From NCBI GenBank assembly GCA_043803685.1, contig JAZDJU010000072.1:1-64000 (forward strand): a stretch of DNA of 64,000 nt, given 5' to 3'. The notes below the pieces were generated by a model. That model was not told the origin of the DNA. It was given only the letters and a program-made list of their open reading frames with translations, and did not search any database. Within the stretch, counting starts at the first letter, position 1, and the number at the start of each line of letters is the position of its first letter. Shown piece after piece: positions 19,417-29,529 of the stretch. Origin of the DNA: Candidatus Omnitrophota bacterium. Its GTDB lineage: Bacteria > Omnitrophota > Omnitrophia > Omnitrophales > Aquincolibacteriaceae. The translations under genes and the position numbers were made by a program.

Positions 19417-21108
19417 ATGGGAACAGTTAACGTCAGCTTTTATGGATTGAGGGCGAAAAAAGAGGATGCTCAGGTCAAGGCCCTTTTGGCTGAAGTGAAT
19501 CAGTGGACGCCAGTGCAAGTCGATGAATTTTTGGCCAAAAGCGAGATTGGATTTTTACGAAATAAAAAAAATGAAGAGGCCGTTGAGCTCATCCAAAGAT
19601 TCCATAGCGTTGGAATTGTTGGAGGCATTGATGGCTTGGATAATCCTGGCTATTACAGCAAACAGTTTACGAGGTTTTATGAAAATGAGGGGCGATTCAG
19701 AATTACATGGAACTGGGCATCGGCCATTTTCACTTGGCTGTGGCTCCTTTTTAGGAGTTTGTGGGCCAAATGGATACTTTATAGCTTGATCGCTACGGCA
19801 GGGTCCTCACTGCTGCTTTATGGGGCCACCATGCTCGGAAATATGACCATCATAATTTTTTCGAGGATTATTATCTGGGTTGGTGCACTCTGCTTTTTTG
19901 GGCTGGTCGGAAACTACGACTATTTTTTGAAAAAAACAAGAAATGAGAACCTCTGGCCACAATTCCCTTTCCAGAAATACAAACTTCAATACTGGTTAGC
20001 TGTTTTGTTTTTATTTTTTTTCACCATTTTATTTTTTGTTCTTTCGCGCCAGCAGGAAAAGAATCGCTCAGGTGAAACGTTTTCCACAGTAAGAGCCCAA
20101 GTTGTTTTGCAAAATGCCAAACCTTTAGCATGGCTCAATGACCAGCAGATGCTAGTAGGGCTAGATAGTAAAATTGTTAGATACGACATCCGTGGTCTCA
20201 AAATCGTAGATGTCATTTCCGATTCATATTTTTCAGGGGCAGACGAATGCTTTTCTCCTGAGGGAGGGGTGTTTCGAGTCAATCAGCCGATTGTTGCCGC
20301 AGAATCTGGTATTCGCGAAGCATCCAGCGAGTGGGCTACCTATCATTGGATTCAAGATTGGAACGCTCCCAAGTCCTTTGAGAAACTTAACGCCTATTAT
20401 TGGTGGAAAACAAATCTTTACGATTGCAAGCAGTTTGATTTTAACCAGGGGGACCCTAGTCGAGTGATTGGTGGTGAGGTTTGGAATTTTGATCGCGATA
20501 CACCACAATTGCTTAGAACCACAGAGGGCAAAACCCAATCATACCTTCGTTATGAAAACAGGCATTCGAGATATGAAGCGAAACATGAAAGAAAGGTGTT
20601 TGTGGCGGATAATGGGAAGGTGAGGGAAATTGATTTAGGGGAAAAGTCCGGTGATCCCTGTGGTGGGCTTCGGGCATCATTGGATCGGACGACAAACGAA
20701 TATTTTTGGTATGAAGCATGCCGCAATTTTAATAGTAGCGAAAAGCGTTGGCCGCTCGATGGATGGTGGATTGCTCCTGATGGGCAAGTAAACAAAGTTG
20801 TTATTCCTAAAGGCCCTTGGATCAAGCATTATTCTCTTCTGTCTCAGTTGAAATATTTTTCTTGTGGCCTGACGTGTTACTGCGACATGGAAATGTATGT
20901 TGGAAACAAGCAAATATATATTTATATTTCCGGAAAGGCCGTTGATAGTTCTGCGTGGGGCGTTTACAGGCTCGATGTCAAAAATCAAGCATGGCGTAAA
21001 ATGATCGCAGGTGCTACTGATAATGGGTTGTTTATATCACCCAACGGTTGCCAAATAAGTTATGCTGTGAATGGCGAGATGAAAATAATGGATGTTTGCG
21101 GAAAATAA
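19417..21108 (+). CDS. AT-rich accessory protein: DUF2628-like membrane domain plus a large Cys/Trp-rich extracytoplasmic domain
   Basis: WNWASAIFTWLWLLFRSLW motif, about 4 TM segments, visibly lower GC; AGGAGG RBS before ATG 19417. Confidence 0.7.
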   Translation: MGTVNVSFYGLRAKKEDAQVKALLAEVNQWTPVQVDEFLAKSEIGFLRNKKNEEAVELIQRFHSVGIVGGIDGLDNPGYYSKQFTRFYENEGRFRITWNWASAIFTWLWLLFRSLWAKWILYSLIATAGSSLLLYGATMLGNMTIIIFSRIIIWVGALCFFGLVGNYDYFLKKTRNENLWPQFPFQKYKLQYWLAVLFLFFFTILFFVLSRQQEKNRSGETFSTVRAQVVLQNAKPLAWLNDQQMLVGLDSKIVRYDIRGLKIVDVISDSYFSGADECFSPEGGVFRVNQPIVAAESGIREASSEWATYHWIQDWNAPKSFEKLNAYYWWKTNLYDCKQFDFNQGDPSRVIGGEVWNFDRDTPQLLRTTEGKTQSYLRYENRHSRYEAKHERKVFVADNGKVREIDLGEKSGDPCGGLRASLDRTTNEYFWYEACRNFNSSEKRWPLDGWWIAPDGQVNKVVIPKGPWIKHYSLLSQLKYFSCGLTCYCDMEMYVGNKQIYIYISGKAVDSSAWGVYRLDVKNQAWRKMIAGATDNGLFISPNGCQISYAVNGEMKIMDVCGK

Positions 21109-21181
21109 GTAAAAAGCGATACGCTCTGCAAAGCCAACTTGCGCAACTCTCCCTGAGAGATCACGGGAAGAGACATCGAAT

Positions 21182-21283
21182 GCTTGGGGTGCGTGCGGTC
21201 GGAGGTTCAAATCCTGCGACGAGCAGACCCTCAAGGTCTGCCGAGCGTGGCGGAATGATGGGCATTCCGGCCTCTCGCCCCGA
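21182..21283 (+). repeat. 3' half of tRNA-Pro (att-like direct repeat), interrupted by a 55-bp two-hairpin insert flanked by duplicated CCT
   Basis: Matches 19113-19156 exactly once the insert and one CCT are removed. Confidence 0.88.
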
Positions 21284-21310
21284 TTTTTTATTTATTAAAA
21301 GAAACGGGTC

Positions 21311-21348
21311 AATCGGGACTGCCGGCAGAAAGCGCCGGACTGCCCCGA
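21311..21348. repeat. 38-bp direct repeat, copy 1
   Basis: aatcgggactgccggcagaaagcgccggactgccccga, identical at 23302-23339. Confidence 0.9.
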
Positions 21349-21362
21349 AACTTATCTAAGTA

Positions 21363-21394
21363 AAGAGCGGATGGATTTCATCCGCTCTTTTTTA
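21363..21394 (+). terminator. Rho-independent terminator
   Basis: aaagagcggatg-gattt-catccgctcttt followed by a T-run. Confidence 0.8.
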
Positions 21395-21504
21395 TTTGCA
21401 TGGGGATCGAAAGCCGGCAAATAGCCCGGACGGGCTTTTTGGATTTTCGCGTCGGTCAATGAAAATTCATCTTTAAATATTCAATTGAATGTAAAATACC
21501 GGCC

Positions 21505-23244
21505 ATGACTTTAGTCCCAACGCGATCCCGTTCACTATTTCGTTCTTTATCCCTAGAGAACTTGAAAGTTTTTCTTCTCCTTGCGATAACGGTCTGGGCT
21601 GCTCATTTTTGGTACTGTGGAAGCTTCGGATTGTACGAAGACGATCTTTATAAGATCACCCCTGCCCTGGGGATTTCCGGGTTTGATCTTTGGAAGCTGA
21701 TCTTGGGGAGTGGTTGGGAAGGGCGTCCGCTTCAAGACAGTCTGATCTATCTGATCTCGTTTTTCGGGATCAGATTAGGCGGGTTGCATCTTGTCTACGT
21801 GTTGGGCTATCTCATAGTGACAGCGAATGCGTTTTTGTTTTTTACTTTTCTCAAGCGCCTGTCCAATGAGAACATCTTTGCTCTTACGGGTGCGTTGGCG
21901 TTTTGCCTGTTCCCCGCCGATACGACCCACGCTTTTTTAACGCATTCGCTTGGGCTTCAACCATCCCTGGCGTTCCTTTTGGGCGCGTTCCTCTGTTACT
22001 TGTCCGGTGAAAAGATGGCCTCCTATGGTGTTATTCTCGGTTCTCTCTTCTGCTATGAAACGATGATCCCCGTCTTTCTGGTCGCACCCCTTCTCACGAA
22101 GAATTGGGATCCCAAAAAGGTCCGGGAATTGGGCCGGCACGCTTTCATCTTGGGATCCATGCTAGTTTGCGCGTTCGTCATCCGGCGCTTTTTCGCCGGC
22201 GAGGGCCGTTGTGTTCAACTGAGCTTTCTCGAAGGACTTCTTTTGTCGACGGAGCATATGCTTAAAGGTCCCGTTGTTTGTCTGCTGATGTTCTTGTACC
22301 GCTCCACGGAGATCATATTCACTTTCCACGCTAACATGATAATGCCAGTATCGTTGTGTTTCGCTGGATTCGCGTGGTTATTATTTCAACAAAACCGGGA
22401 ACCGGCAGGTGCTGGAAACAAGAAGGGGGCAATCAGTTCCCCGGAGAGATGCCTGTCGCTTGGAAGGCTCGCATGGATCGGAGTTGCCATGTTGGTTCTG
22501 GCCTATCCTATCACCTTCACGACCAATGTGACGGATATCGCGTCCGGCCGGGAATCGCGAGTTCATGCCGCGGCTGTTGTGGGCGCGTCCATCCTGTGTG
22601 CTTGTTTTTGTTCTAGGTTCTTTCTTATCGCGAACGCCTACAGGAGGAAAGGTATTGCCGCACTCAGTCTAGCGGTATTCTTTGCCTCATTGGTAGGTTT
22701 TGGACTTACCGTACAGAAAGATTATGCGACAAGTTGGCAGTATCAGCGGGCGTTTTGGACCGATGTCATCGCTCTTTGCCCGGACATGACGGAGGGGACG
22801 ATCATTCTTGTTGAATCGCACCCTCTTAAGAACCCCCAACAGATCCGGGCCCATTTTGTGTGTGTTTATCCTTCTTTACTCGAGTCGATTTATCAATTTC
22901 CAAACAATTGGGAAAATGTCCCGAGGGTCTATGCATTAAAACTACGCTGGCAAGAAAAAGTTGTTTCTGGTGAGGATAGTTTCCTTTTAAGCAAAATGGT
23001 TCTTTTTTGGCAACCCTTCCCAGGACAAAGGTCTGACGGGATGATTCATAGCACGAGTGCCATTCTATTGGGGAGCCGAAACGGACGACTCACTCGCCGA
23101 ACGGAGCCTCTGATCATTAATGGCCATGAATTCAGGCTCAAAGAAAAACCGGTTATGACATCTCCGCCATTTCCCAAGGGACCGCTTTATCGCTATCTGA
23201 TCAAGGATCTTGGGGAGAAGCCCGTGGACTATCTCGTCGAGTGA
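21505..23244 (+). CDS. Polytopic membrane protein, GT-C-like glycosyltransferase candidate
   Basis: YEDD after first TM, GRPL, more than 10 TM segments, YE motif, soluble C-terminal domain. Confidence 0.55.
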   Translation: MTLVPTRSRSLFRSLSLENLKVFLLLAITVWAAHFWYCGSFGLYEDDLYKITPALGISGFDLWKLILGSGWEGRPLQDSLIYLISFFGIRLGGLHLVYVLGYLIVTANAFLFFTFLKRLSNENIFALTGALAFCLFPADTTHAFLTHSLGLQPSLAFLLGAFLCYLSGEKMASYGVILGSLFCYETMIPVFLVAPLLTKNWDPKKVRELGRHAFILGSMLVCAFVIRRFFAGEGRCVQLSFLEGLLLSTEHMLKGPVVCLLMFLYRSTEIIFTFHANMIMPVSLCFAGFAWLLFQQNREPAGAGNKKGAISSPERCLSLGRLAWIGVAMLVLAYPITFTTNVTDIASGRESRVHAAAVVGASILCACFCSRFFLIANAYRRKGIAALSLAVFFASLVGFGLTVQKDYATSWQYQRAFWTDVIALCPDMTEGTIILVESHPLKNPQQIRAHFVCVYPSLLESIYQFPNNWENVPRVYALKLRWQEKVVSGEDSFLLSKMVLFWQPFPGQRSDGMIHSTSAILLGSRNGRLTRRTEPLIINGHEFRLKEKPVMTSPPFPKGPLYRYLIKDLGEKPVDYLVE

Positions 23245-23301
23245 ACGAGGTGTCAGGCTCTTTCCACAGTTCCGTTCATTGATTTTTTAAGGAGACAGGT
23301 T

Positions 23302-23339
23302 AATCGGGACTGCCGGCAGAAAGCGCCGGACTGCCCCGA
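23302..23339. repeat. 38-bp direct repeat, copy 2
   Basis: Identical to 21311-21348. Confidence 0.9.
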
Positions 23340-23582
23340 TCCCATTCATCAAAGAGTCTCGGAGCGGAACGCTTGTTCTCCTGTCACTCAGGGCCTTTGC
23401 TGATCGCGTCCATTTCAAGCCAAAAATCATCTAATCCCTCTCTTGAAGATGGCCGATACTCAATCCGGGTACTATCATGACGGGAGGTTCTTGTCTTGGG
23501 GAATGGGTGAGTGCCGCGCTGTATTTTTTGATGGATTTTCCATTTCTTATTCTTATTTATCGTAACGATGAGGTAGGCCGGA

Positions 23583-26500
23583 ATGGATGACGAGAGCAAA
23601 ATAAAAAGGCTCGAAGACGAGAATTATCGTCTTCTGGAAGTCGCCAAATTGACGCGCGAGGGGGTCCAGGAACTCGAGAAGCAGAATCGTGAGTACAAGA
23701 TGACGCTGGAAGATGCGCGCGCGAAGATCAAGACCCTTGAGGAGAAATGCGCAAAGCACGAGAGTGAGGTCGCGCATTTGGAGAAGGCCCGGACCGAAAC
23801 CAAGAAAACCTTGTTCGAAAACGAGAAGCAGCGTTTGAATAAGGACCTTGAAGCAAAGGCTGCGGAAGAGCTGCGGTTGTTGGAAAAAATTCAGGCGCTT
23901 GAGTCGAAGTGCGCGCAAAGAGAAGCCGAGCTCAAGACGAGTGAAGCCGCTTTGGCGCAACAGGAAGGGAAGCATCGCGCAACGATCAAGGCGCTTGAAA
24001 TGACTATGGCGCAGCAAGCGGAGAAAAATCGTTCGACGGTCAAGATGATCGAAGATGCCATGGACCAGCAAGAGGCAAAACATCGCATTGCGGCTAAGGC
24101 AAGCGATGTGGCGATGGCTCAGCAGGCAGAGAAGTACCGGCTTGCCCTCAGGGCGAGTGAGGCGGCGATCGCCCAGCAGGCAGAGAAGCACCGCCTGGTA
24201 GTCAAGGAATATGAGGCGAAGCAGCGCGGTGTCGAAGAGGCGAAGCGCAATTTTGAAAGGGAGAAGAAGGAGCTAGCCGCGGAGCTTTCGGGGAAGACCG
24301 GGGAAGCGGCGCAGCTGAAGGCAAGTCTTCAAGAGGCAAGCCGGACCTCAGCGAAGTTGAACGCCCGGATCTCGGAAATGAAACTCGAGTTGCAAAGTTT
24401 TGGAAGGCAGTACAAAACCCTGCAATTGGAAAAGGAACAGCTGGAGTTGGAGAAGCAGGTCGCCTTGAAGCAGAACGATGAGAAAGCGGCCTCTTTGGCG
24501 GCGCTTGGAGAGATGAAAGAACGTCTCGAGGGCGAGCGAAAGCGTTTGGAGGAAGAGAAACGGACTTTGGGCAAGGGCCTTGAGTCGAAGGCCGGCGAAG
24601 AGGTTCGATTGCTTGCCAAGATCCAGGAACTTGAGGCGCGATACGCGCAGAAGGACGCTGAGATCAGGGCGAGTGAGGCGGCGATCGCACAGCAGGCGGA
24701 GAAGCACCGCCTGACGCTCAAGGAGTATGAGGCCAAACAACGCGCGGCGGATGAAGTGAAGCTCAATCTTGAGAATGAGAAGAAGGCGCTTGCGGTCCAG
24801 CTTTCCGGGCGGACTGTGGAAGGGGCGCAGTTAAAGGCGAATCTCGAGGAAAGCGGTAAGACTCTTGAGAAGTTGAACGCTCAGATCACGGAATTGAAGG
24901 CTGAACTTCAGAATTCAGGGAAACAGTACAAGGCGTTGCAATTGCAGAAGGAGCAGTTGGAGGCAGAAAAGCAGGCGGCCTTGAAACAGAACGAGGAGAA
25001 AGCGGCTGCTCTCATCGCTTTAGTCGAGGTCAGGGATCGTCTCGAAGTCGAGAAGAAGCGTCTGGAGGGTGAACGGCTGAGTGTTGGAAAGGGACTTGAA
25101 GCCAAGTCCTTGGAAGAAGCCCGGTTGCTCAAGAAGCTCCAGGCGCTTGAAGCGCGATACGCGCAAAAGGAAGCGGAGATCAGGGCAAGTGAGATAACGA
25201 TCGCGCAGCAGGCGGAGAAGTATCGTCTGACGCTCAAGGAGTATGAGGTCAAACAACGCGCAGCGGAAGAAGGGAAGCTCAATCTTGAGAAAGAGAAGAA
25301 GGCGCTTGCGGCCCAGCTTTCGGGGCGGACGGTGGAAGGGGCGCAGTTGAAGGCGAATCTCGAAGAAAGCGGTAAGACCCTTGAGAAGATGAACGCCCGG
25401 ATCACGGAGTTGAAGGATGAACTACTGAATTCAGGGAAACAGTACAAGGCTTTGCAGTCGGAGAAGGCGCAATTGGAGTTGGAGAAGCAGGCGGCCTTGA
25501 AACAGAACGAGGAGAAAGCGGCTTCTCTCATCGCATTAGCGGAGATCAAGGATCGTCTCGAAGTCGAGAAGAAGCGTCTGGAGGGTGAGCGGCTGAGCGT
25601 TGGAAAGGGACTTGAGGCCAAGTCGGTGGAAGAAGCCCGGTTGCTGAAGAAGCTCCAGGAGCTTGAAGCGCGATACGCGCAAAAGGAAGCTGAGATCAGG
25701 ACGAGTGAGGCCATGATCGCACAGCAGGCGGAGAAGTATCGTCTGACGCTCAAGGAGTATGAGGCAAAGCAGCGAACGGCGGAAGAAGTGAAGCTCAATC
25801 TTGAGAAAGAGAAGAAAGTGCTTGCGGCCCAGCTTTCCGGGCGGACGGTGGAAGGAGCTCAGTTGAGGGCGAATCTCGAGGAAAGTGGCAAGACCCTTGA
25901 GAAGTTGAACTCCCGGATCGCGGAGTTGAAGGACGAGCTCCAGCATTCGGGGAAACAGTACAAGGCTTTGCAGTCGGAGAAGGCGCAACTGGAGTTGGAG
26001 AAGCAGACGGCCTTGAAACAGAACGAGGAGAAAGCGGCTTCTCTCATCGCCTTAGGGGAGATCAAGGACCGTCTCGAAGTTGAGAAAAAGCGGTTGGAGG
26101 ATGAGCGGCGTAGCTTTGGAAAAGGACTTGAAGGTAAAGTTGCGGAAGAAGCCCGGTTGCTGAAGAAGCTTCAGGAACTTGAGGCGCGATACGCGCAGAA
26201 GGAAGCGGAGATCAGGGCGAGTGAGGTAACGATCGCGCAGCAGGCGGAGAAGCACCGCCTGACGCTCAAGGAGTATGAGGTTAAACAACGCGCGGCCGAG
26301 GAAGTGAGGCTCAATCTCGAGAGAGAGAAGGAGCAGTTGGAGTTGGAGAAACAGGCCGCCGTGAAGCGGAATGAAGAGAAAGCGGCCTCTCTCTTAGCCT
26401 TGGGGGAGATCCGGTTCCAGCTCGAAAGTGAGAAGAAGCGGTTGGAGGAGGAGAAACAGAGTTTGGGGAGGGAGCTTGAGTCCAAGGCCGCGGAAGAGGT

Positions 26501-28235
26501 GCGATTGTTGGGCAGGATCCAGGAGCTTGAGGCGCGATGCGCCCAGATGGAATCTGAGATCCGGGTAAGTGAGGCGGCGATCGAGCAACAGGCAGAGAAG
26601 CATCGTTTGGCGCTCAAGGAATATGAGGCGAAGCAGCGCGAGGTCGAGGAAGTGGAGCGCAACTTCCAGTGGGAGAAACAGCAGCTTGCGGCGGAACTTT
26701 CTGCGAGGACTGTGGAAGGGTCGCAGTTAAAGGCGAATCTCGAGGAAAGCGGTAAGACCCTTGAGAAGATGAACGTGGAGATCGAGGAGCTCAAAGGAGC
26801 GTTGCAGCTTGCCGGGAAGCAGCACAAGGCTTTGCAATCAGAGAAGGCTCATGTGGAAAAGGAGATGCAGGCAGCGTTGAAAATGAATGAGAAGAAGATG
26901 GCCGTCATTGAGGCTTTAGAGAACGAGAAAAAACTTTCGAAGAGCGAGGATCAACGTCTCTGGGCCGAGAGGAAGAATATCGAAGGTGAAAGGAAACGTC
27001 TCGAGAGCGAGAAGAAGCGGCTGGAGGAGGAAAAGAGGAGTTTTGGCAAAGAGCTTGAAGCCAGAGCCGAGGAAGACGCTCGAGTATTGGAGAAAATCCA
27101 GGGGATCGAAACGGCTAAGGTCGAGGAAGAAGCCCGGCTCTTGAAGATGATCCAGGAGCTTGAAACGCGATACGCGCAGAAGGAAGCTGAGATCAAGGCG
27201 GGTGAAGCAGCTTTGGCGCAACAGGCGGAGAGACACCGTCGTATGTTTAGGGATTATGAAGTGAAGCAGCGCGCTGCTGAGGAAGTGAGACGCAATCTCG
27301 AAAGAGAAAAAGAACAACTCGAGTCAGAAAAACGGATCGCTCTGACGCGGAATGAGGAGAAGGCTGCCTCCCTTATTGCTTTAGGGGAGATCAAGGAGCG
27401 TCTCGAGCTTGAGAAGGAGAGGTTGGAAGGAATCCAACGCGATCTTGAGAGGGAAAAGGAACAACTGGAGTCGGAGAAACAGACCTTGATCCAACAGAAT
27501 GAGGAGAAGGCCGCCTCTCTTATCGCTTTAGGGGAGATCAAAGATCGCCTTGAGATCGAGAAGAAGCGGTTGGAGGGAGTCCAATTTGATCTCGAGAGAG
27601 AGAAGAAGGGTCTCACGAATGAGCTTTCGGAGAGATCTGCGGAAGCGATCCGGCTTAAAAAGAATCTTGAGGAAAACGGCAGGGTCATGGAGGAATTGAA
27701 CACAAGGATCGCCGCGTTGAAGGAGGAGAAGGCGGTTCTTATCACGACGTTAGAAAGTGATAAAAAGCGTTCGAGCGATGAGGCTCAACAGCTTCTTACT
27801 CAAAAGAAAGGTCTCGAAGAAGAACGCGAACGTCTCGAAAGCGTTCTCGGGGATCGTTCCGCTCAATTGGACAAGGTGACAAAGGAGTGCGCCGAGTTGG
27901 ATGCCCTCATCGAACAAACGAGGCGCGAGCGGAACCAGGGGACCCTCCGGGCGGAGGATCTGGAGAAAACGATCGAAACTATGAAAACTCTTTTGAAGGA
28001 AAAGGAAGCTGTTCAAGGGGCTCTCGAAGAGGAGCTCAAAGCAGAAAAAGAAATGCATGCCAAGGTCGAAGCTCATGCCCAACATCTGGAGGAGGCTTTT
28101 CTTGTTCTCGAAAAGAAAGTCAACACCATCCTTCAGGCCCGCGGAAGTAAGATCCAAACCCTCAAGTGTTACATGGTTCGCTCCAAACTCTGCAAGTTAA
28201 GGAATAAAATGGGTTTTCTCATGTCTTTCTTTTAG
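23583..28235 (+). CDS. 1550-aa E/K/L/A-rich coiled-coil protein with 172-aa (516-bp) tandem repeats
   Basis: AQQAEK(H/Y)RL motif recurs at 24179, 24695, 25211, 25727 and 26243; no Pro; no TM segment or signal peptide. Confidence 0.9.
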   Translation: MDDESKIKRLEDENYRLLEVAKLTREGVQELEKQNREYKMTLEDARAKIKTLEEKCAKHESEVAHLEKARTETKKTLFENEKQRLNKDLEAKAAEELRLLEKIQALESKCAQREAELKTSEAALAQQEGKHRATIKALEMTMAQQAEKNRSTVKMIEDAMDQQEAKHRIAAKASDVAMAQQAEKYRLALRASEAAIAQQAEKHRLVVKEYEAKQRGVEEAKRNFEREKKELAAELSGKTGEAAQLKASLQEASRTSAKLNARISEMKLELQSFGRQYKTLQLEKEQLELEKQVALKQNDEKAASLAALGEMKERLEGERKRLEEEKRTLGKGLESKAGEEVRLLAKIQELEARYAQKDAEIRASEAAIAQQAEKHRLTLKEYEAKQRAADEVKLNLENEKKALAVQLSGRTVEGAQLKANLEESGKTLEKLNAQITELKAELQNSGKQYKALQLQKEQLEAEKQAALKQNEEKAAALIALVEVRDRLEVEKKRLEGERLSVGKGLEAKSLEEARLLKKLQALEARYAQKEAEIRASEITIAQQAEKYRLTLKEYEVKQRAAEEGKLNLEKEKKALAAQLSGRTVEGAQLKANLEESGKTLEKMNARITELKDELLNSGKQYKALQSEKAQLELEKQAALKQNEEKAASLIALAEIKDRLEVEKKRLEGERLSVGKGLEAKSVEEARLLKKLQELEARYAQKEAEIRTSEAMIAQQAEKYRLTLKEYEAKQRTAEEVKLNLEKEKKVLAAQLSGRTVEGAQLRANLEESGKTLEKLNSRIAELKDELQHSGKQYKALQSEKAQLELEKQTALKQNEEKAASLIALGEIKDRLEVEKKRLEDERRSFGKGLEGKVAEEARLLKKLQELEARYAQKEAEIRASEVTIAQQAEKHRLTLKEYEVKQRAAEEVRLNLEREKEQLELEKQAAVKRNEEKAASLLALGEIRFQLESEKKRLEEEKQSLGRELESKAAEEVRLLGRIQELEARCAQMESEIRVSEAAIEQQAEKHRLALKEYEAKQREVEEVERNFQWEKQQLAAELSARTVEGSQLKANLEESGKTLEKMNVEIEELKGALQLAGKQHKALQSEKAHVEKEMQAALKMNEKKMAVIEALENEKKLSKSEDQRLWAERKNIEGERKRLESEKKRLEEEKRSFGKELEARAEEDARVLEKIQGIETAKVEEEARLLKMIQELETRYAQKEAEIKAGEAALAQQAERHRRMFRDYEVKQRAAEEVRRNLEREKEQLESEKRIALTRNEEKAASLIALGEIKERLELEKERLEGIQRDLEREKEQLESEKQTLIQQNEEKAASLIALGEIKDRLEIEKKRLEGVQFDLEREKKGLTNELSERSAEAIRLKKNLEENGRVMEELNTRIAALKEEKAVLITTLESDKKRSSDEAQQLLTQKKGLEEERERLESVLGDRSAQLDKVTKECAELDALIEQTRRERNQGTLRAEDLEKTIETMKTLLKEKEAVQGALEEELKAEKEMHAKVEAHAQHLEEAFLVLEKKVNTILQARGSKIQTLKCYMVRSKLCKLRNKMGFLMSFF

Positions 28236-28410
28236 AGGCGGGGCTAAGTTGTTCGGGCTCATGGTAGTTCTGTGGCGCTGAGGGCCCATTTTGGGATTAT
28301 TGTGTTACTCTTTTGAAAACGGTCAATACTTGACGATTTTTTGCAATCCGGTACTGACGCGCTTGGGGCGTCTGTTTTTTCTGATAAAACTATGATAGGG
28401 TGAGGATCCC

Positions 28411-28788
28411 ATGATCCCTAAAAAGATATTGGTTGTGGATGATGTTCCCGCGATGGTGGATCTTTTGTGTGTGCATCTTACCAAGGCTGGATACACAGCG
28501 TGTTCGGCGGGAGACGGATTGGAAGCGCTCGAGAAAGTTGAGAGTGAGAACCCGGACCTGATCATTATGGATGTTCTCATGCCGAAGATGACGGGTTTTG
28601 AGGCCCTCCAGAGGCTCCGCGAAGATCCGAAATGGCGCGATCTTCCCGTGATCGTGATCTCTGGCCGGGATAACTTGAAAGAATTTTTCCAGGATATTTC
28701 CGGGGTGGAGTTCCTGCCCAAGCCGTACGATTCCAAGGAGCTTTTAGCCAAGATCGAACATTTGACCCGCGACAAGACCGGAACCTGA
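28411..28788 (+). CDS. Single-domain response regulator
   Basis: VVDD, DVLMPKMTG, KPY. Confidence 0.92.
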   Translation: MIPKKILVVDDVPAMVDLLCVHLTKAGYTACSAGDGLEALEKVESENPDLIIMDVLMPKMTGFEALQRLREDPKWRDLPVIVISGRDNLKEFFQDISGVEFLPKPYDSKELLAKIEHLTRDKTGT

Positions 28789-28824
28789 TCCGGCGTCACT
28801 CGAGTTTGGGGGGCGCTTGACCGA

Positions 28825-29529
28825 CTAAGCGAAGTAGGCGGAAAAAAGTTTCTCGATATTTTTCAGTCTTTCGGGTTCCAAGGTCATCTGTGTGAACTGG
28901 GCGTAGCAGTCCAGATTTCCAATGGCATTGAGACTGGCGTCCGAAAAGCCGGCGTTCTTGAGCCGTTTATGGAAGGAACGGTTCACGGCTTCCACATCCC
29001 GGTAGATCTTGTCCAATCCCTTGAACTCCCAATCGGCTTCGCCGCCTCTTTTTTTTACGAAACATTGAGCCAGAGCGTACATGGAAAGCGCGCGATAGGC
29101 TGTCTCCGCGATCGTGGCGAACGGCAAATGGATCAGCGTAAGCGGACGAAGTTTGTCCATGATCGGGCACCCGCTCGTGGCCATATAGATCCCGAAAATG
29201 GATCTCAGGGCGTCCTGGAGCGGGATGTTCCTCTGATAGTTCCTGGGTTTTGTTCGGATCGTGACGCTGACCTCTTCGTAGGAGATATCCATAGAGAATA
29301 TGTTGGTGATCCTGATCAGGCTTACCGCGACCGGACAATGAGGGTGGTTCTTGGGATCGAGAGGGCAGTCTTCACATTGGCAGAAACCCAGCTTCGTCCA
29401 TTCCGGGTAAGCGGCGGGAGGCGGAAGGATGAGGGCGAGGGAATCGGGATCCAGTTCGATCAGAAAGTTGTTCTTCCGACCATCCTTCGAAACGATCTCG
29501 TATTCTAAACGGATAGAGTTTTCTGCCAT
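28825..29529 (-). CDS. Conserved hypothetical protein (DUF6901-like, Cys motifs)
   Basis: WT.L..CQC..CPL..CP, MATSGCP, PFA..ET.YR. Confidence 0.7.
   Translation of the reverse strand: MAENSIRLEYEIVSKDGRKNNFLIELDPDSLALILPPPAAYPEWTKLGFCQCEDCPLDPKNHPHCPVAVSLIRITNIFSMDISYEEVSVTIRTKPRNYQRNIPLQDALRSIFGIYMATSGCPIMDKLRPLTLIHLPFATIAETAYRALSMYALAQCFVKKRGGEADWEFKGLDKIYRDVEAVNRSFHKRLKNAGFSDASLNAIGNLDCYAQFTQMTLEPERLKNIEKLFSAYFA

Noticed and set aside
21311..23339. 38-bp repeats as riboswitches, integron attC sites or CRISPR repeats
   Set aside because: No match to riboswitch consensus motifs I know, no RYYYAAC/GTTRRRY ends, only two copies 2 kb apart, and no integrase
23553..28157. Long minus-strand ORFs opposite the coiled-coil gene
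   Set aside because: Low-complexity antisense shadows of the E/K-rich repeats
23583..28235. SMC or chromosome segregation protein call
   Set aside because: No Walker A/B, signature motif or hinge; any similarity would come from coiled-coil composition
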